A stretch of DNA of 64,000 nucleotides from Candidatus Heimdallarchaeota archaeon (GTDB lineage: Archaea > Asgardarchaeota > Heimdallarchaeia > Heimdallarchaeales > Heimdallarchaeaceae). The stretch is from contig JAUWEG010000001.1 in assembly GCA_030608385.1 (NCBI GenBank), forward strand, positions 23,479 to 87,478. Reading direction: 5' to 3'. Of the stretch, positions 49,350 to 59,070 are shown piece after piece. The translations under genes and the position numbers were made by a program. A model generated the notes under the pieces. It made no database searches, was not told the origin of the DNA, and saw only the letters and a list, made by a program, of their open reading frames with translations. How positions within the stretch are numbered: the stretch's first letter is position 1; the number at the start of each line of letters is the position of its first letter.

Positions 49350-52184
49350 TTAACTAAACCAAGAATCAAGTGATTTTTGTCCTTCAATTGATTCTACCCA
49401 GGAAATACCTATGGTATCCAGAAGTTGTATTAAAGTAGATTTAAGTAGTTCTTTAACTTTAGGTATATCTACATCTGATTTTTCAGCCAATTGAATAGGT
49501 TTTACAGAGCATTCTTTGCTTTGGCTAATTTGATCTGAAAGCTTAATGGATTGAGCTTGAATCTTAAATGGTTTAGTTTTGATAAAACTAATCAAAGATC
49601 CTACAGTTGGTTTTTCACCATCAGGAAATGCTAACATAAGTTGAACTGCAGCTTGTAAAGGTTGAGTCCAACTATCATATTGCTCGATTTTCTTAGATAG
49701 AGTTACACTAATTGCTAGATCTTCAAGTTCAAAATTCCTTTTAGATATTTTTTGGTTAACAGCTTGTGTTATTCTTATTATCTTCTTCTTAGTTTCTTCT
49801 AATTCTTCCGGGGTTTGAACATCTGTTAAAATTTCTAATGATTTTTCAAATGGTCTTTTTGCTAAAATTGGCGTATTCTTCTTCCTACCCATCAAACCCT
49901 TTACTATTGGATATCCTTCAGTTGTGATTCCAAAGTAGTTTTTCTTTCTATCCGAAAGTCCACAATAACGGAATACATAATCGGTCCCTAATTCTATCTG
50001 AAAGGTTTCCATGCTCCATTTTTCCAATTCCTCGATGTTTTCGGGGGTTGGTTTGTGTATGAAAATACTATCTGTATCCCCATACAAAACCTGCAATCCT
50101 AATTTCTCTTCGCTATATTTCTTTGTTTTAGAAATTGCTTCTCGAGCAAGAGCCGCAGTTGACTCTGCCACAGGAGGGCAATACAAAGCAAAATTATCTG
50201 AACCAAAAACACCATAGGAGGCGTTAAGTAGTACTTTTAGAGAAGATTGTATGACATCACTAAGTTTTCTTTCTTCTTCGCTTAACGATGGATCTTTTGC
50301 TCTGTCTTTAAACCAGTAAACTCTGATATCCCTTATGAATCCAATTAGCATGGAACTTATACCCACATGCTTTTCACATATCCAGTGACTGGTTTCTGGT
50401 ATTTTGTTCTTCTTGCACTCAATATGATTACAATTCAAAGTTTCATACGATAGATTTCTAGTTTTTATGATGGAAGGATAGAGACTAGCAAAATCCATTA
50501 CATGAACATCCCACCATACACCAACTTGTGGATCTATTACAATTGCCCCTTGATACTTCTTTCCTTTAATGATGGCTTCAGTTGAAGTACCTCCCTTTAA
50601 TTGAAGAATATCCTCTCTCCTTGGGATTAAATAATTTCGGAATCTGTGTTCAAAATACATCCAATTCTGGATCCATATACTAATACTTGCTCGAGTAAAA
50701 TCATCTATTGGCATTTTTGTAATTCGAGAAAGCATTACTATTAAGTTAATTACTTGATCATTATTGAAACTGGTTAATTCAAAGGTTATTTCAGAATCTC
50801 TTCCATTGTATTCGATAAGTTCCTCCAAATCCAAGTCCCAAATATCTTTTTCATGTTTAAGTTTCTCCTTGCCTAGAATTGTTTTTCCAAGTTCATCAAG
50901 GGTTATTCTATCATAAACACCTCCAAATGCATAAATTCGAATGGCGGGTTGTCTAAAAAATCTATATAAATCGAGATGTATAGAGTGGGAAAGGAAAACG
51001 TTTTGAAATCTTGTTCGTACAAATGGATTCATCTTTTCATCAATTTCAAGTTTTTTCGCTCTATTATCTAGATACAAGAAATCAAAACCATCCCCATTAA
51101 ATGTAATAACGATAGGATATTTGCTCATTTCATCAAAAACTGCTAGAAGCAACTCTTTCTCATCATCAAACTCTTTAACCTTTACTGAAATTTTGCTTTG
51201 ATCTATTTGCTTTTTTTCTTCATTAAGCACAAAAACAGTGGTTTCTCTCTCTTCATTTGTTAAGCCTATTGAGATTACTTTCTGTAGGGCAGCATGAGGA
51301 TCAGGAATCTTGTTTTTTTCACTCTCAACTTCTATATCCACTGAACACCTGCTTATTTTAGGAATAGGGGCAAAGAATATGGGAAGATACTGCTCCACTA
51401 ATTGCAAAACTTCATGAGATTGTCCTTTAAAAATATCAAGTAAGTTGTCTTTAACTTCATTGGGTATTTTAGGTTCCACTCTTTGTAGTTTGTTGTTTTT
51501 AACTTCATAGAACAACCCAGGGACTAGTCCATTGTCATAGATATAATTCAAATGATATCTAATGTTAGCCTCAAAAGAGGGGCTGATTTTTTCCCTATAA
51601 CTATTATCTCTCCCCCCAATTGCTAGCGGATTTGTTGCAATTACCTTTGTTAGAGTTAATTCTTTTTCATTAAGTAGACTATATTTCTTAATAACCTCAC
51701 AACCGATAAACTCTTTTTCATTTGCAAGTTTTTTTTCTACTTCAGCTTTACTTACTGTAGTGAGCAAATATGGCAGGTGGTTTGTTGTATCATACCATCT
51801 GAAAACTTTACCTTGTTCTGGGTTGAACAGTTTTACATATGCCTTCTCTTTTTTACCATCATATTTTACATCAATAAGATAGGAAGAGGATAGATTTTCG
51901 GGAGCAAGATGAACATAACTGCTTCCCTTTTCTTCAAAGGATACCCCTTTCGATTTGTTAGCTGGTTTTTTATTTGTGTTTAGAAAAGCTCCTTTAGTTG
52001 AAGTTGATTCTTTATTGTCTCTTATGTTGATCTTTGAACTCAAATTTCCTTCTTTCTTTTTATCAGAATCTGCTTTGTTTGAATCTTGAATAAAACTCAT
52101 TAGACTTTTATGAGAATTTTTATTATCATTTTTCACGATAGATCTACCCATTCTTCTATTTTGATGCTCATCTCTAAATTGCAC
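49350..52184 (-). CDS. polB: family B DNA polymerase (PolB) with an N-terminal low-complexity extension and a C-terminal PIP box
   Basis: Pol motif A DFASLYPSII and motif C YGDTDSIF. Exonuclease blocks are present. The last residues QKSLDSWFS match the PIP-box Q-x2-L-x2-W-F. The first roughly 100 aa are K/S/N-rich. Confidence 0.9.
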   Translation of the reverse strand: MQFRDEHQNRRMGRSIVKNDNKNSHKSLMSFIQDSNKADSDKKKEGNLSSKINIRDNKESTSTKGAFLNTNKKPANKSKGVSFEEKGSSYVHLAPENLSSSYLIDVKYDGKKEKAYVKLFNPEQGKVFRWYDTTNHLPYLLTTVSKAEVEKKLANEKEFIGCEVIKKYSLLNEKELTLTKVIATNPLAIGGRDNSYREKISPSFEANIRYHLNYIYDNGLVPGLFYEVKNNKLQRVEPKIPNEVKDNLLDIFKGQSHEVLQLVEQYLPIFFAPIPKISRCSVDIEVESEKNKIPDPHAALQKVISIGLTNEERETTVFVLNEEKKQIDQSKISVKVKEFDDEKELLLAVFDEMSKYPIVITFNGDGFDFLYLDNRAKKLEIDEKMNPFVRTRFQNVFLSHSIHLDLYRFFRQPAIRIYAFGGVYDRITLDELGKTILGKEKLKHEKDIWDLDLEELIEYNGRDSEITFELTSFNNDQVINLIVMLSRITKMPIDDFTRASISIWIQNWMYFEHRFRNYLIPRREDILQLKGGTSTEAIIKGKKYQGAIVIDPQVGVWWDVHVMDFASLYPSIIKTRNLSYETLNCNHIECKKNKIPETSHWICEKHVGISSMLIGFIRDIRVYWFKDRAKDPSLSEEERKLSDVIQSSLKVLLNASYGVFGSDNFALYCPPVAESTAALAREAISKTKKYSEEKLGLQVLYGDTDSIFIHKPTPENIEELEKWSMETFQIELGTDYVFRYCGLSDRKKNYFGITTEGYPIVKGLMGRKKNTPILAKRPFEKSLEILTDVQTPEELEETKKKIIRITQAVNQKISKRNFELEDLAISVTLSKKIEQYDSWTQPLQAAVQLMLAFPDGEKPTVGSLISFIKTKPFKIQAQSIKLSDQISQSKECSVKPIQLAEKSDVDIPKVKELLKSTLIQLLDTIGISWVESIEGQKSLDSWFS

Positions 52185-52365
52185 ACGCTAGTTTTATTGT
52201 TAGTTAAAGATATCAAATATATATTTTGACTATTATTGGTATTAAAACCAATTTACATAATCCAATTTATAAATATGATTTTGTCCTCTAATATTTTATT
52301 GGGTTTAAATATAAAAATCAAGTGTAATTTATAGGGAGAAAGTTGATAGCTCATGTAGACTTCGG

Positions 52366-52392
52366 GACCACCTCCCATCATGGACGGTGGTC
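52366..52392 (+). ncRNA. GC-rich perfect hairpin inside a locally GC-elevated intergenic island. Possible small structured RNA
   Basis: GACCACC-T-CCAT-C-ATGG-AC-GGTGGTC, seen directly in the sequence. The surrounding roughly 250 nt are visibly less AT-rich than the flanks. No known RNA-family signature was recognised. Confidence 0.15.
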
Positions 52393-52668
52393 AAGATACA
52401 AGAGCATGGGCCTCCTTATATTCAATCTATAAAAGGAAAAGAACAAGCGATTCGAAAGCACTCTCTGAGTTTGAACGGGGTAGGAGGATACGTGATTTAT
52501 CCATTAGAACAAGTAAGAGCTGGAATCAGGCCATCTTTCAGTTCTTATAGTGGTTTCTATAAAAGCACCTTAAACTGACTTCTAGATACTAAAAAATAAT
52601 AACGTTTATTTCCCTTAAAGGCACTTTCTTCCCACTAATTTTATTTAATACTAATTTTTGATTATCTC

Positions 52669-53103
52669 ATGAAATCAACAATTGATAAATTAAAAAGGTT
52701 ACACTATCTTAAGCTTGAGAAAGGTGATGATATACTAGAGAGCATAGTTTCCTACTGTAAAGATAACGCAGTGTCATCTGGCGCAGTCTTTGGAATAGGA
52801 GCGGTATGTAACCCCTCTTTAGGTTATTTTGATTTAGAAAAAAAAATCTATCTTCAAAATGATTATGATTTTAATGCAGAGATACTTAATTGCAGCGGTA
52901 ACATTGCTAAAAACGCTGAAACAGGGGATTACATAGCACATTTACACATGTTAGTTGGTGATCAAAAAGGAAACACCTTTGGTGGACATCTATTGCCTGG
53001 TAACAAGATTACTGTTACAGGTGAATTTGTAATTTTTGAGACAGAAGCAACACTTACTAGAGCGCTAGATGATGAGTTTAAATTATTGCTACTTAATATT
53101 TGA
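52669..53103 (+). CDS. PPC/DUF296-domain protein
   Basis: 144 aa with Gly-rich GAVFGIGAV and HLHMLVGD ... GGHL blocks typical of the PPC (DUF296) fold. Confidence 0.5.
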   Translation: MKSTIDKLKRLHYLKLEKGDDILESIVSYCKDNAVSSGAVFGIGAVCNPSLGYFDLEKKIYLQNDYDFNAEILNCSGNIAKNAETGDYIAHLHMLVGDQKGNTFGGHLLPGNKITVTGEFVIFETEATLTRALDDEFKLLLLNI

Positions 53104-53253
53104 TAATGACTCATCATTCTCTTCGTAATTTTTGAGTTCCATGAAATTGCTCATTTTTTTTCTTCTCTACCAATTCTTCCATGAGTCAAAAAGATAATCC
53201 TCTAACAAACTTTTAATAAGGCGAAATGAGTTTATCTTATTAAAAATAACATC

Positions 53254-54267
53254 GTGATTATAGTGTCAGATATACTTCAGGAAATACTAAAGAGCGGGGC
53301 GATATTGGTTATTGATCCAACAGTCATTCAGACAAATCCTGATGATTTTTTGGATCATTATGGACATATGGTGGATGCCATATCATTGGTTGCAAAGGGA
53401 AGATCTGGTTTTACTTTCTACCAAAGCAATAGTGCTCCAAAAGATAAAACAAACGGTGTCTTCTTTCATTCATTTTGTACAATTGCAGATAATATGGGGA
53501 TAAAAGTGGATGCAGTTACTTATGTTCATGGGGATAGTTTTCTTTCTCAAAACACTGATTTTCAACTAAGTAGTAGCGATGGGGCTACTATTGCCTCATA
53601 TTCTTGTCCAAGCCAAGAAAGTATGGTAAAATATTCAGCAGCTATAGCATTAGAAATAGCTCATTACCCAATAGAAAGTTTGGTATTAGACGATTTGATG
53701 TTGGCAAGTAAAAGAACTTGTTTCTGTGATAGATGCAGGAGATTATTTGCGAGCAAGTGGAATATTGAAAGAGATTTCAGTTTTGAATATCTTGAATCCA
53801 GAGACCTATTGGAAAATTGGAATGATGAAAGGTCTACTTACATTAATCAAACATTAAGAGAAATTACAGATACTGTGAAAAACCTAAAGAACATCGATAT
53901 TTCTTTTGTATTAAAAGCTGATAAAGAAACTGGTTTTATTACTGGAGCTAATGAGTTCTTTGGTCAAAATATCACAGAATTGGCAAAGATTACAAACAAT
54001 ATAATCATCCATGTGAATCCATGGAGTGAATCTTTTCCTGCTAAAAAAAGTCCTGAGTATCAACATCTGGTAAGTTCATTTTCTATATTAAGTGATTATT
54101 CTCGATCAGGGATAAAGCCATCTCTATATTTCTGGAACATTGATTCGAAGGAAAAACTTGATGTTGCTATTCAGCTGAAAAATGATTTAAAAGTCGATAA
54201 AGTTTATTTAGAGCCTTCATTACCTCATGATTTCACTAAACGAAGAACAATTAATTTAGGGTTTTAA
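53254..54267 (+). CDS. hypothetical protein with a CxCxxC motif (337 aa)
   Basis: Intact ORF containing TCFCDRCRR. First gene of a tight three-gene unit. Confidence 0.4.
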   Translation: MIIVSDILQEILKSGAILVIDPTVIQTNPDDFLDHYGHMVDAISLVAKGRSGFTFYQSNSAPKDKTNGVFFHSFCTIADNMGIKVDAVTYVHGDSFLSQNTDFQLSSSDGATIASYSCPSQESMVKYSAAIALEIAHYPIESLVLDDLMLASKRTCFCDRCRRLFASKWNIERDFSFEYLESRDLLENWNDERSTYINQTLREITDTVKNLKNIDISFVLKADKETGFITGANEFFGQNITELAKITNNIIIHVNPWSESFPAKKSPEYQHLVSSFSILSDYSRSGIKPSLYFWNIDSKEKLDVAIQLKNDLKVDKVYLEPSLPHDFTKRRTINLGF

Positions 54268-54269
54268 AA

Positions 54270-55679
54270 ATGAGTCTTGAGAAAGCAATTGAAGAAATTA
54301 AAACAATGTTTTGGGGCGTTCTAAAGGGTAAGTTCAACCCAGAAGAAGAGGAGGATGTTAAAACACATCTTATAACAAACTTGGCTACTCTTTCCTCATA
54401 TGTTAAAACCTGTTTACCTCCAGAGCAACAAAAAGAGTACGAAAAACATTTTTCAACTGCTAAGGATATTCTTCTGAAATTCGACAGTGCAGGACCTTGG
54501 TTTAGAGAATTACCTGAAATGATTGATACAGTTTACAATGTAATAACATATGCAAATATGCTACAAATAGAATATCATAGATTCAGTGGTACTGAAAATG
54601 ATACATTACAGTTCATTAATGCAAAACTTGAAACGTTAGAGCTTAACATTAATTCTATTCGTGAAGAAACAAAAAAGCTGAAACAACAAACAACAGCCTT
54701 GTTACAGCTCCAAAGAAGCAACATTCAAATTACAGAAATTGAACCATCAAAACAGATTCCTATAAAGCAAAACGAGGAAAAAAACCAAGACGATTCTGAT
54801 GTTCAAGTTTTTGAAGAACTTATTGAAGCTGAAATAGAAAAGCCTGAAGTTGAGGAAACTAAAGAACAAGAAATTATTGAAGAAGTTGAATTGGATTCTG
54901 TACCGGTGGATTCTGCTCCTTTGGATGATATTTCAGAAGCAACTGAGCAATCTGAAAAGGATTTGATGGATGATGCTAAAGACTTGATTGAAGGTATTGA
55001 GATTGCTTCCCAATATGAATTTGAGCACGAACCCTTTATGCAAAATATTGAAACAGAGCAAGAAGCTTTGAAGGAGTTAGCAGGTTTGTTAACTGCCTTG
55101 GATCCGGGAGATGATTCAGTTATTTCTCCATTAACAGAAAAACTAATATCAATTAGTGATAAAGAAGGAAAAATTACACTTCCAAGCACCCCTTCAATTG
55201 AAGAAAGTGTGATAAGTGAAGAAGGATTAAGTGAGAAAGAAATTGCTGAAGTCCATGAATTTCGTTCTTCTATATCTAGATTAAATCAAGTTTTATCGTC
55301 ACCCAAGCAGAGAGAAACAGCTGCTGATTTTGTATCCTCAATAAAGGAAACGATAGCACATGTATCCAAGGAAAAAGATTTCGAAACAGAAGAAAAGAAA
55401 TCTGCATTAACTAAAATTATTGAAGCAGAAGCTGGGGAAGCAGATAAAACCCCTATACAATTCGAAGATATTGAGAATGTTATCAAACACCTCGGAACCC
55501 GAAGACAAAAGGCCATAGAGAGAATCCAACAATTAGAACATGCTCTAAATTCGGAGAAAATCGATGAAGAGGAATGGCAAGAACTCAGAATTAAAGCAGA
55601 AAGGCATATGTTGAGAGTTGAAGACACTCTAGATGGATACAAGCGATACTTGGCAAAATTACAAAGTCAATCTAATTAG
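54270..55679 (+). CDS. acidic coiled-coil protein (469 aa)
   Basis: Helical N-terminal domain, a long E/D-rich low-complexity centre and a C-terminal coiled coil. Confidence 0.4.
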   Translation: MSLEKAIEEIKTMFWGVLKGKFNPEEEEDVKTHLITNLATLSSYVKTCLPPEQQKEYEKHFSTAKDILLKFDSAGPWFRELPEMIDTVYNVITYANMLQIEYHRFSGTENDTLQFINAKLETLELNINSIREETKKLKQQTTALLQLQRSNIQITEIEPSKQIPIKQNEEKNQDDSDVQVFEELIEAEIEKPEVEETKEQEIIEEVELDSVPVDSAPLDDISEATEQSEKDLMDDAKDLIEGIEIASQYEFEHEPFMQNIETEQEALKELAGLLTALDPGDDSVISPLTEKLISISDKEGKITLPSTPSIEESVISEEGLSEKEIAEVHEFRSSISRLNQVLSSPKQRETAADFVSSIKETIAHVSKEKDFETEEKKSALTKIIEAEAGEADKTPIQFEDIENVIKHLGTRRQKAIERIQQLEHALNSEKIDEEEWQELRIKAERHMLRVEDTLDGYKRYLAKLQSQSN

Positions 55680-55686
55680 TAAGTAG

Positions 55687-56121
55687 ATGTTTATGACTGA
55701 TCTTTACTTAACCCATTACTATTTTGGTGTGAGAGAAGGAGCTTTTCATACTGGATTAGGATCAATCTTAAGAGCAAAAGGGCACTCAAAACCTGTATCG
55801 GTAATCATTATTGATAATTCTTTTACTTGGATTCCGGATTTAGAGCTAGAAGACTCTATTCCATATGTAATAATTAGATCTAATGAGACAGTGAATAATG
55901 TTCGGAACACTTTATTTGATACATTAAGTGTTTTGAAAAATGCTGTATGTTTAATTGTAAATTTCGATTTATTAATTACTAATGAAATTTTATCTCTTCA
56001 GGATCTCTTACAGATTATTCGAGATATTAATAACTCAAATGAATATATCTTTACATCAGAAGATTATTTCAAAGAACTTGAGGAATACGCAGATTATGTT
56101 AGTTCTATTAAGGAGCTTTGA
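55687..56121 (+). CDS. hypothetical protein, possibly a P-loop-less CobA-like paralogue
   Basis: Weak similarity in residue spacing to the N-terminal and central blocks of the CobA at 45088..45597, but without the GKGKT lysine. Confidence 0.3.
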   Translation: MFMTDLYLTHYYFGVREGAFHTGLGSILRAKGHSKPVSVIIIDNSFTWIPDLELEDSIPYVIIRSNETVNNVRNTLFDTLSVLKNAVCLIVNFDLLITNEILSLQDLLQIIRDINNSNEYIFTSEDYFKELEEYADYVSSIKEL

Positions 56122-56920
56122 AACATAAATCTGCTGCAATATGTGCAATTTTTGGACCTAGCCATCTAATCAATCTTATATCTGCAATAGTATAGTTCTT
56201 AAAGAAATTGTATGAATGAGCGATGCTATTAATTCTGCCAATAATTATTTCTTCACCTATCTCTTTTGAGCTTATTCTTTCTGTAATTTGCCAATGAATA
56301 ACTCCTCTTCCGTCTTTCAAAGCTTGATAAGCTATTGGAAGAGCTTTGTCTGAATCTAGAGGTAAAGGAAGCAAAACCCTATTTACACTGTTGATAAACA
56401 TTTTTGGAACAATCTCAAAAGCGTCTCCGAAATAAGGAATAACTTTTTCCTGACATTTGTTTAGTTCAATATTTTTGAGAAGATAATTATATGCTGTTTT
56501 GTTTATTTCAATACTATGAACAACACATGAATTGCATTTAGATGCTAAAGCTATACTAAACGGACCAACTCCTGAAAAGAAATTCAGAATTATCTCATTT
56601 TCTTCAATCAAATTAGTAATTCGTTGTCTTTCGTAACTCAAGCGAGGAGAGAAAAATACTTCAGATAGATCTACTAAGAATGAATTTCCGTGCTCTTTGT
56701 GAATTGTTTCTGATTTGTTTTTTCCCATAACATACTTGAGCTTTCTTTTTCTCTCTTGTCCATGGATTTTGGAGGTTTGAAGCAATACTGTTTTAATAAA
56801 AGAGTGCTTTTGGATTTTTTCTTCTGCAAAGCTTTTCAAAGAAATTTCATCAGAATCATCTCTGATGATCAATATATCTCCAATTATCTCAAATGCTAGA
56901 TCCTTCATTCTTCTCTCCAA
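56108..56920 (-). CDS. Trm5/TYW2-family tRNA methyltransferase (short, Taw2-like)
   Basis: FSPRLSYERQRI, NFFSGVGPFSIALA (motif I) and LPLP (NPPY-equivalent) blocks. 270 aa. Confidence 0.7.
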   Translation of the reverse strand: MERRMKDLAFEIIGDILIIRDDSDEISLKSFAEEKIQKHSFIKTVLLQTSKIHGQERKRKLKYVMGKNKSETIHKEHGNSFLVDLSEVFFSPRLSYERQRITNLIEENEIILNFFSGVGPFSIALASKCNSCVVHSIEINKTAYNYLLKNIELNKCQEKVIPYFGDAFEIVPKMFINSVNRVLLPLPLDSDKALPIAYQALKDGRGVIHWQITERISSKEIGEEIIIGRINSIAHSYNFFKNYTIADIRLIRWLGPKIAHIAADLCFKAP

Positions 56921-56928
56921 TCAACATC

Positions 56929-59070
56929 CTACTTAATTTCTCTAATTGATGGTCCTTTGTAAGTAGCTTTATCAAACGCAATCCTTCTCATCTGAGTTTG
57001 AGTATTAATCTCCTCAAAATAATGTGCAGCCAGTCCCGCTGTTCTTCCAAATACAAAAATGACTTTTGCAAGTTTTGGGTCTAATCCCATGTCAGCTGTA
57101 ATCGCTGCAATAACCCCATCTACATTAATTGGGAGGTTCATTCCTCGCACGCGATGGAAAGTGCTACTAATCATTTTTGAAACATCAACACAGCTCTTTG
57201 CATATCCTGCGTCTTCTGCAAGTTTCCATAAAACATCTCTTCTAGGATCTTGTGTATGAATACGGTGACCTAAACCTTCAATTCTTTTGCCGGTTTTGAT
57301 TGTTTCACTTATCAATTTGAAGGTGGATTCATCGAGTTCCAATTTTTCTTTTTCAGCTTTTTCAACAACTGATAAGAAGAACTTAGCAGCCATTTGTCCT
57401 GCACCACCATGAACATCAGTAATTGCTTGTAAACCTCCAGCTACAGCTACTTCATAATTTGCTCTAGTAGAAGCTAGGATTATTGTTGCTTGAGCAGATG
57501 GTGGTGTGATTCCGTGATCTACACAAGCAATAATCATTGCTTCTAACAGCTTAACTTTAAGCGTGTCTGAGTTTTTTTCTTTTACCAATCCTAGATATAT
57601 CATTTCTGAGAATGATGTTTCAGAAACTGAAGAAGATTCTAGTTGATCTAAATTGCCTAGAATATATGCAAAATACTTCAAAACTCTTCCCAATGTGTAA
57701 GCTACGATTTTTGTTTCTTCAGAATTCAATCTTACAAAATCTGCAAGTTTATTATCGACCAACATCAATGTTCCAAGGGTTTTAGATATGTCTGAACTTA
57801 TGGTAATCGATTTAAGGTCTGTGAATTCTTGTTTTATTGCTTTTTTTGCAGTATCCTCAAGCTCTTTAAGTTGAGCTTCTTCAGGGAACTCTCCTTTAAG
57901 GAGTAAATATGACGTTTCCAGAAATCCTTTCTTTGCTATAATTTCTTGTAAAGGATATCCTCGAATTATCAAGTTGTTTGGCATTACATTAGTTACTAAA
58001 GTCCCCCAAGTTTTTACTGGTGGTCTAGCATCCCATTTTTTACTCATTTTTGAGTAATATTTTTCAATATCAAAATATGTTCGATTTAGTTTTGACCTTA
58101 CAGCATCAATTAAATCTCTTTGGTGGTTTACCACAGTTACTCCAGCTTTTTCCAAAGATTCCTTCTTTGATTGATAAGTACCATAACTTTGCCCAGGAGA
58201 AATTACAGCTCCTGCATGACCCATGGTTTTTCCTTCAGGAGCATTGGCCCCTGATATTAATGCAACTAGAGGCTTTTGATATTTTTCTGGATTTGCTTTC
58301 ATATCTTGAGCTAGCAATTCTTCCTGCATTCCACCAATTTCACCAGCGATAACAACTAAATCTGTGTGCTCGTATCGCATTATTCTTGATACAAGATCTA
58401 TAAAACGAGAACCAATAGCTCCATCTCCCCCTACACCCAATACTCCATTTTGAGCAATTCCTGCACTAGCTAGTGCATCAGATAAATGATATAGAATAGC
58501 TCCACTTCGAGATAAAATCGTCACTCCTTTGGGACCGATTTTGTTATCGGTTTTCTGAGCCTGAAAAATATCTGGTAGCATACCTACTTTTATTCCTTCT
58601 GGAGGAAATATTATTCCTGGTGTGTTACCGCCAAATAAGATTGTTTTATGTTTTCTAGCTTCAACTAGAATGTCTCTTACATCCTTAAGAGGAATGAATT
58701 CTGAAATTAGAACAACAATAGGAATTCCTGATCTAATAACTTCAATTGTAGCATCTTTAGCAGAAGAATAATGTTTCCATATACTTGCTACAGCTATGTC
58801 CGGGTGTTTCTTTTTTGCTACCTCAGCAGATTCATAAACAGGAACAGTTTCATGAACATATGTACCACCTTTGCCTGGTGCTACTCCACATGTAACATTG
58901 GTTCCATATTCCATCATAAGTTGCGCGTGTCGAGTTCCTTGTCTTCCTAATCCTACAATCATTGTTTCGATTGTTTTCTTTTCCGATATTTTCTGAGCGA
59001 GTTCAGGACGAATGTGTTTGATAAGATAATTAAGAAGTCCTTGATCCACGGCTAATTTATCAGTTGTCAT
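56929..59070 (-). CDS. aclA: ATP-citrate lyase large subunit (SucD-like CoA-binding/phosphohistidine domain fused to a citrate-synthase-like domain)
   Basis: N-terminal CoA-binding Rossmann fold. Phosphohistidine motif TMGHAGA. C-terminal roughly 280 aa with citrate-synthase-fold blocks. 4-nt overlap with the upstream ATP-grasp subunit. Confidence 0.8.
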   Translation of the reverse strand: MTTDKLAVDQGLLNYLIKHIRPELAQKISEKKTIETMIVGLGRQGTRHAQLMMEYGTNVTCGVAPGKGGTYVHETVPVYESAEVAKKKHPDIAVASIWKHYSSAKDATIEVIRSGIPIVVLISEFIPLKDVRDILVEARKHKTILFGGNTPGIIFPPEGIKVGMLPDIFQAQKTDNKIGPKGVTILSRSGAILYHLSDALASAGIAQNGVLGVGGDGAIGSRFIDLVSRIMRYEHTDLVVIAGEIGGMQEELLAQDMKANPEKYQKPLVALISGANAPEGKTMGHAGAVISPGQSYGTYQSKKESLEKAGVTVVNHQRDLIDAVRSKLNRTYFDIEKYYSKMSKKWDARPPVKTWGTLVTNVMPNNLIIRGYPLQEIIAKKGFLETSYLLLKGEFPEEAQLKELEDTAKKAIKQEFTDLKSITISSDISKTLGTLMLVDNKLADFVRLNSEETKIVAYTLGRVLKYFAYILGNLDQLESSSVSETSFSEMIYLGLVKEKNSDTLKVKLLEAMIIACVDHGITPPSAQATIILASTRANYEVAVAGGLQAITDVHGGAGQMAAKFFLSVVEKAEKEKLELDESTFKLISETIKTGKRIEGLGHRIHTQDPRRDVLWKLAEDAGYAKSCVDVSKMISSTFHRVRGMNLPINVDGVIAAITADMGLDPKLAKVIFVFGRTAGLAAHYFEEINTQTQMRRIAFDKATYKGPSIREIK

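Noticed and set aside
49350-52184. Intein in polB
   Set aside because: The 944 aa length, including a roughly 100 aa N-terminal extension, leaves no room for an intein. The polymerase motifs are contiguous.
52387-52578. 63-codon ORF in the polB upstream region
   Set aside because: No Shine-Dalgarno context, and its composition is atypical. The region is more plausibly regulatory or an ncRNA, as reported in the findings.
54803-55642. 128 aa and 118 aa minus-strand ORFs
   Set aside because: Antisense to the acidic coiled-coil gene. They show Ser-rich low complexity.
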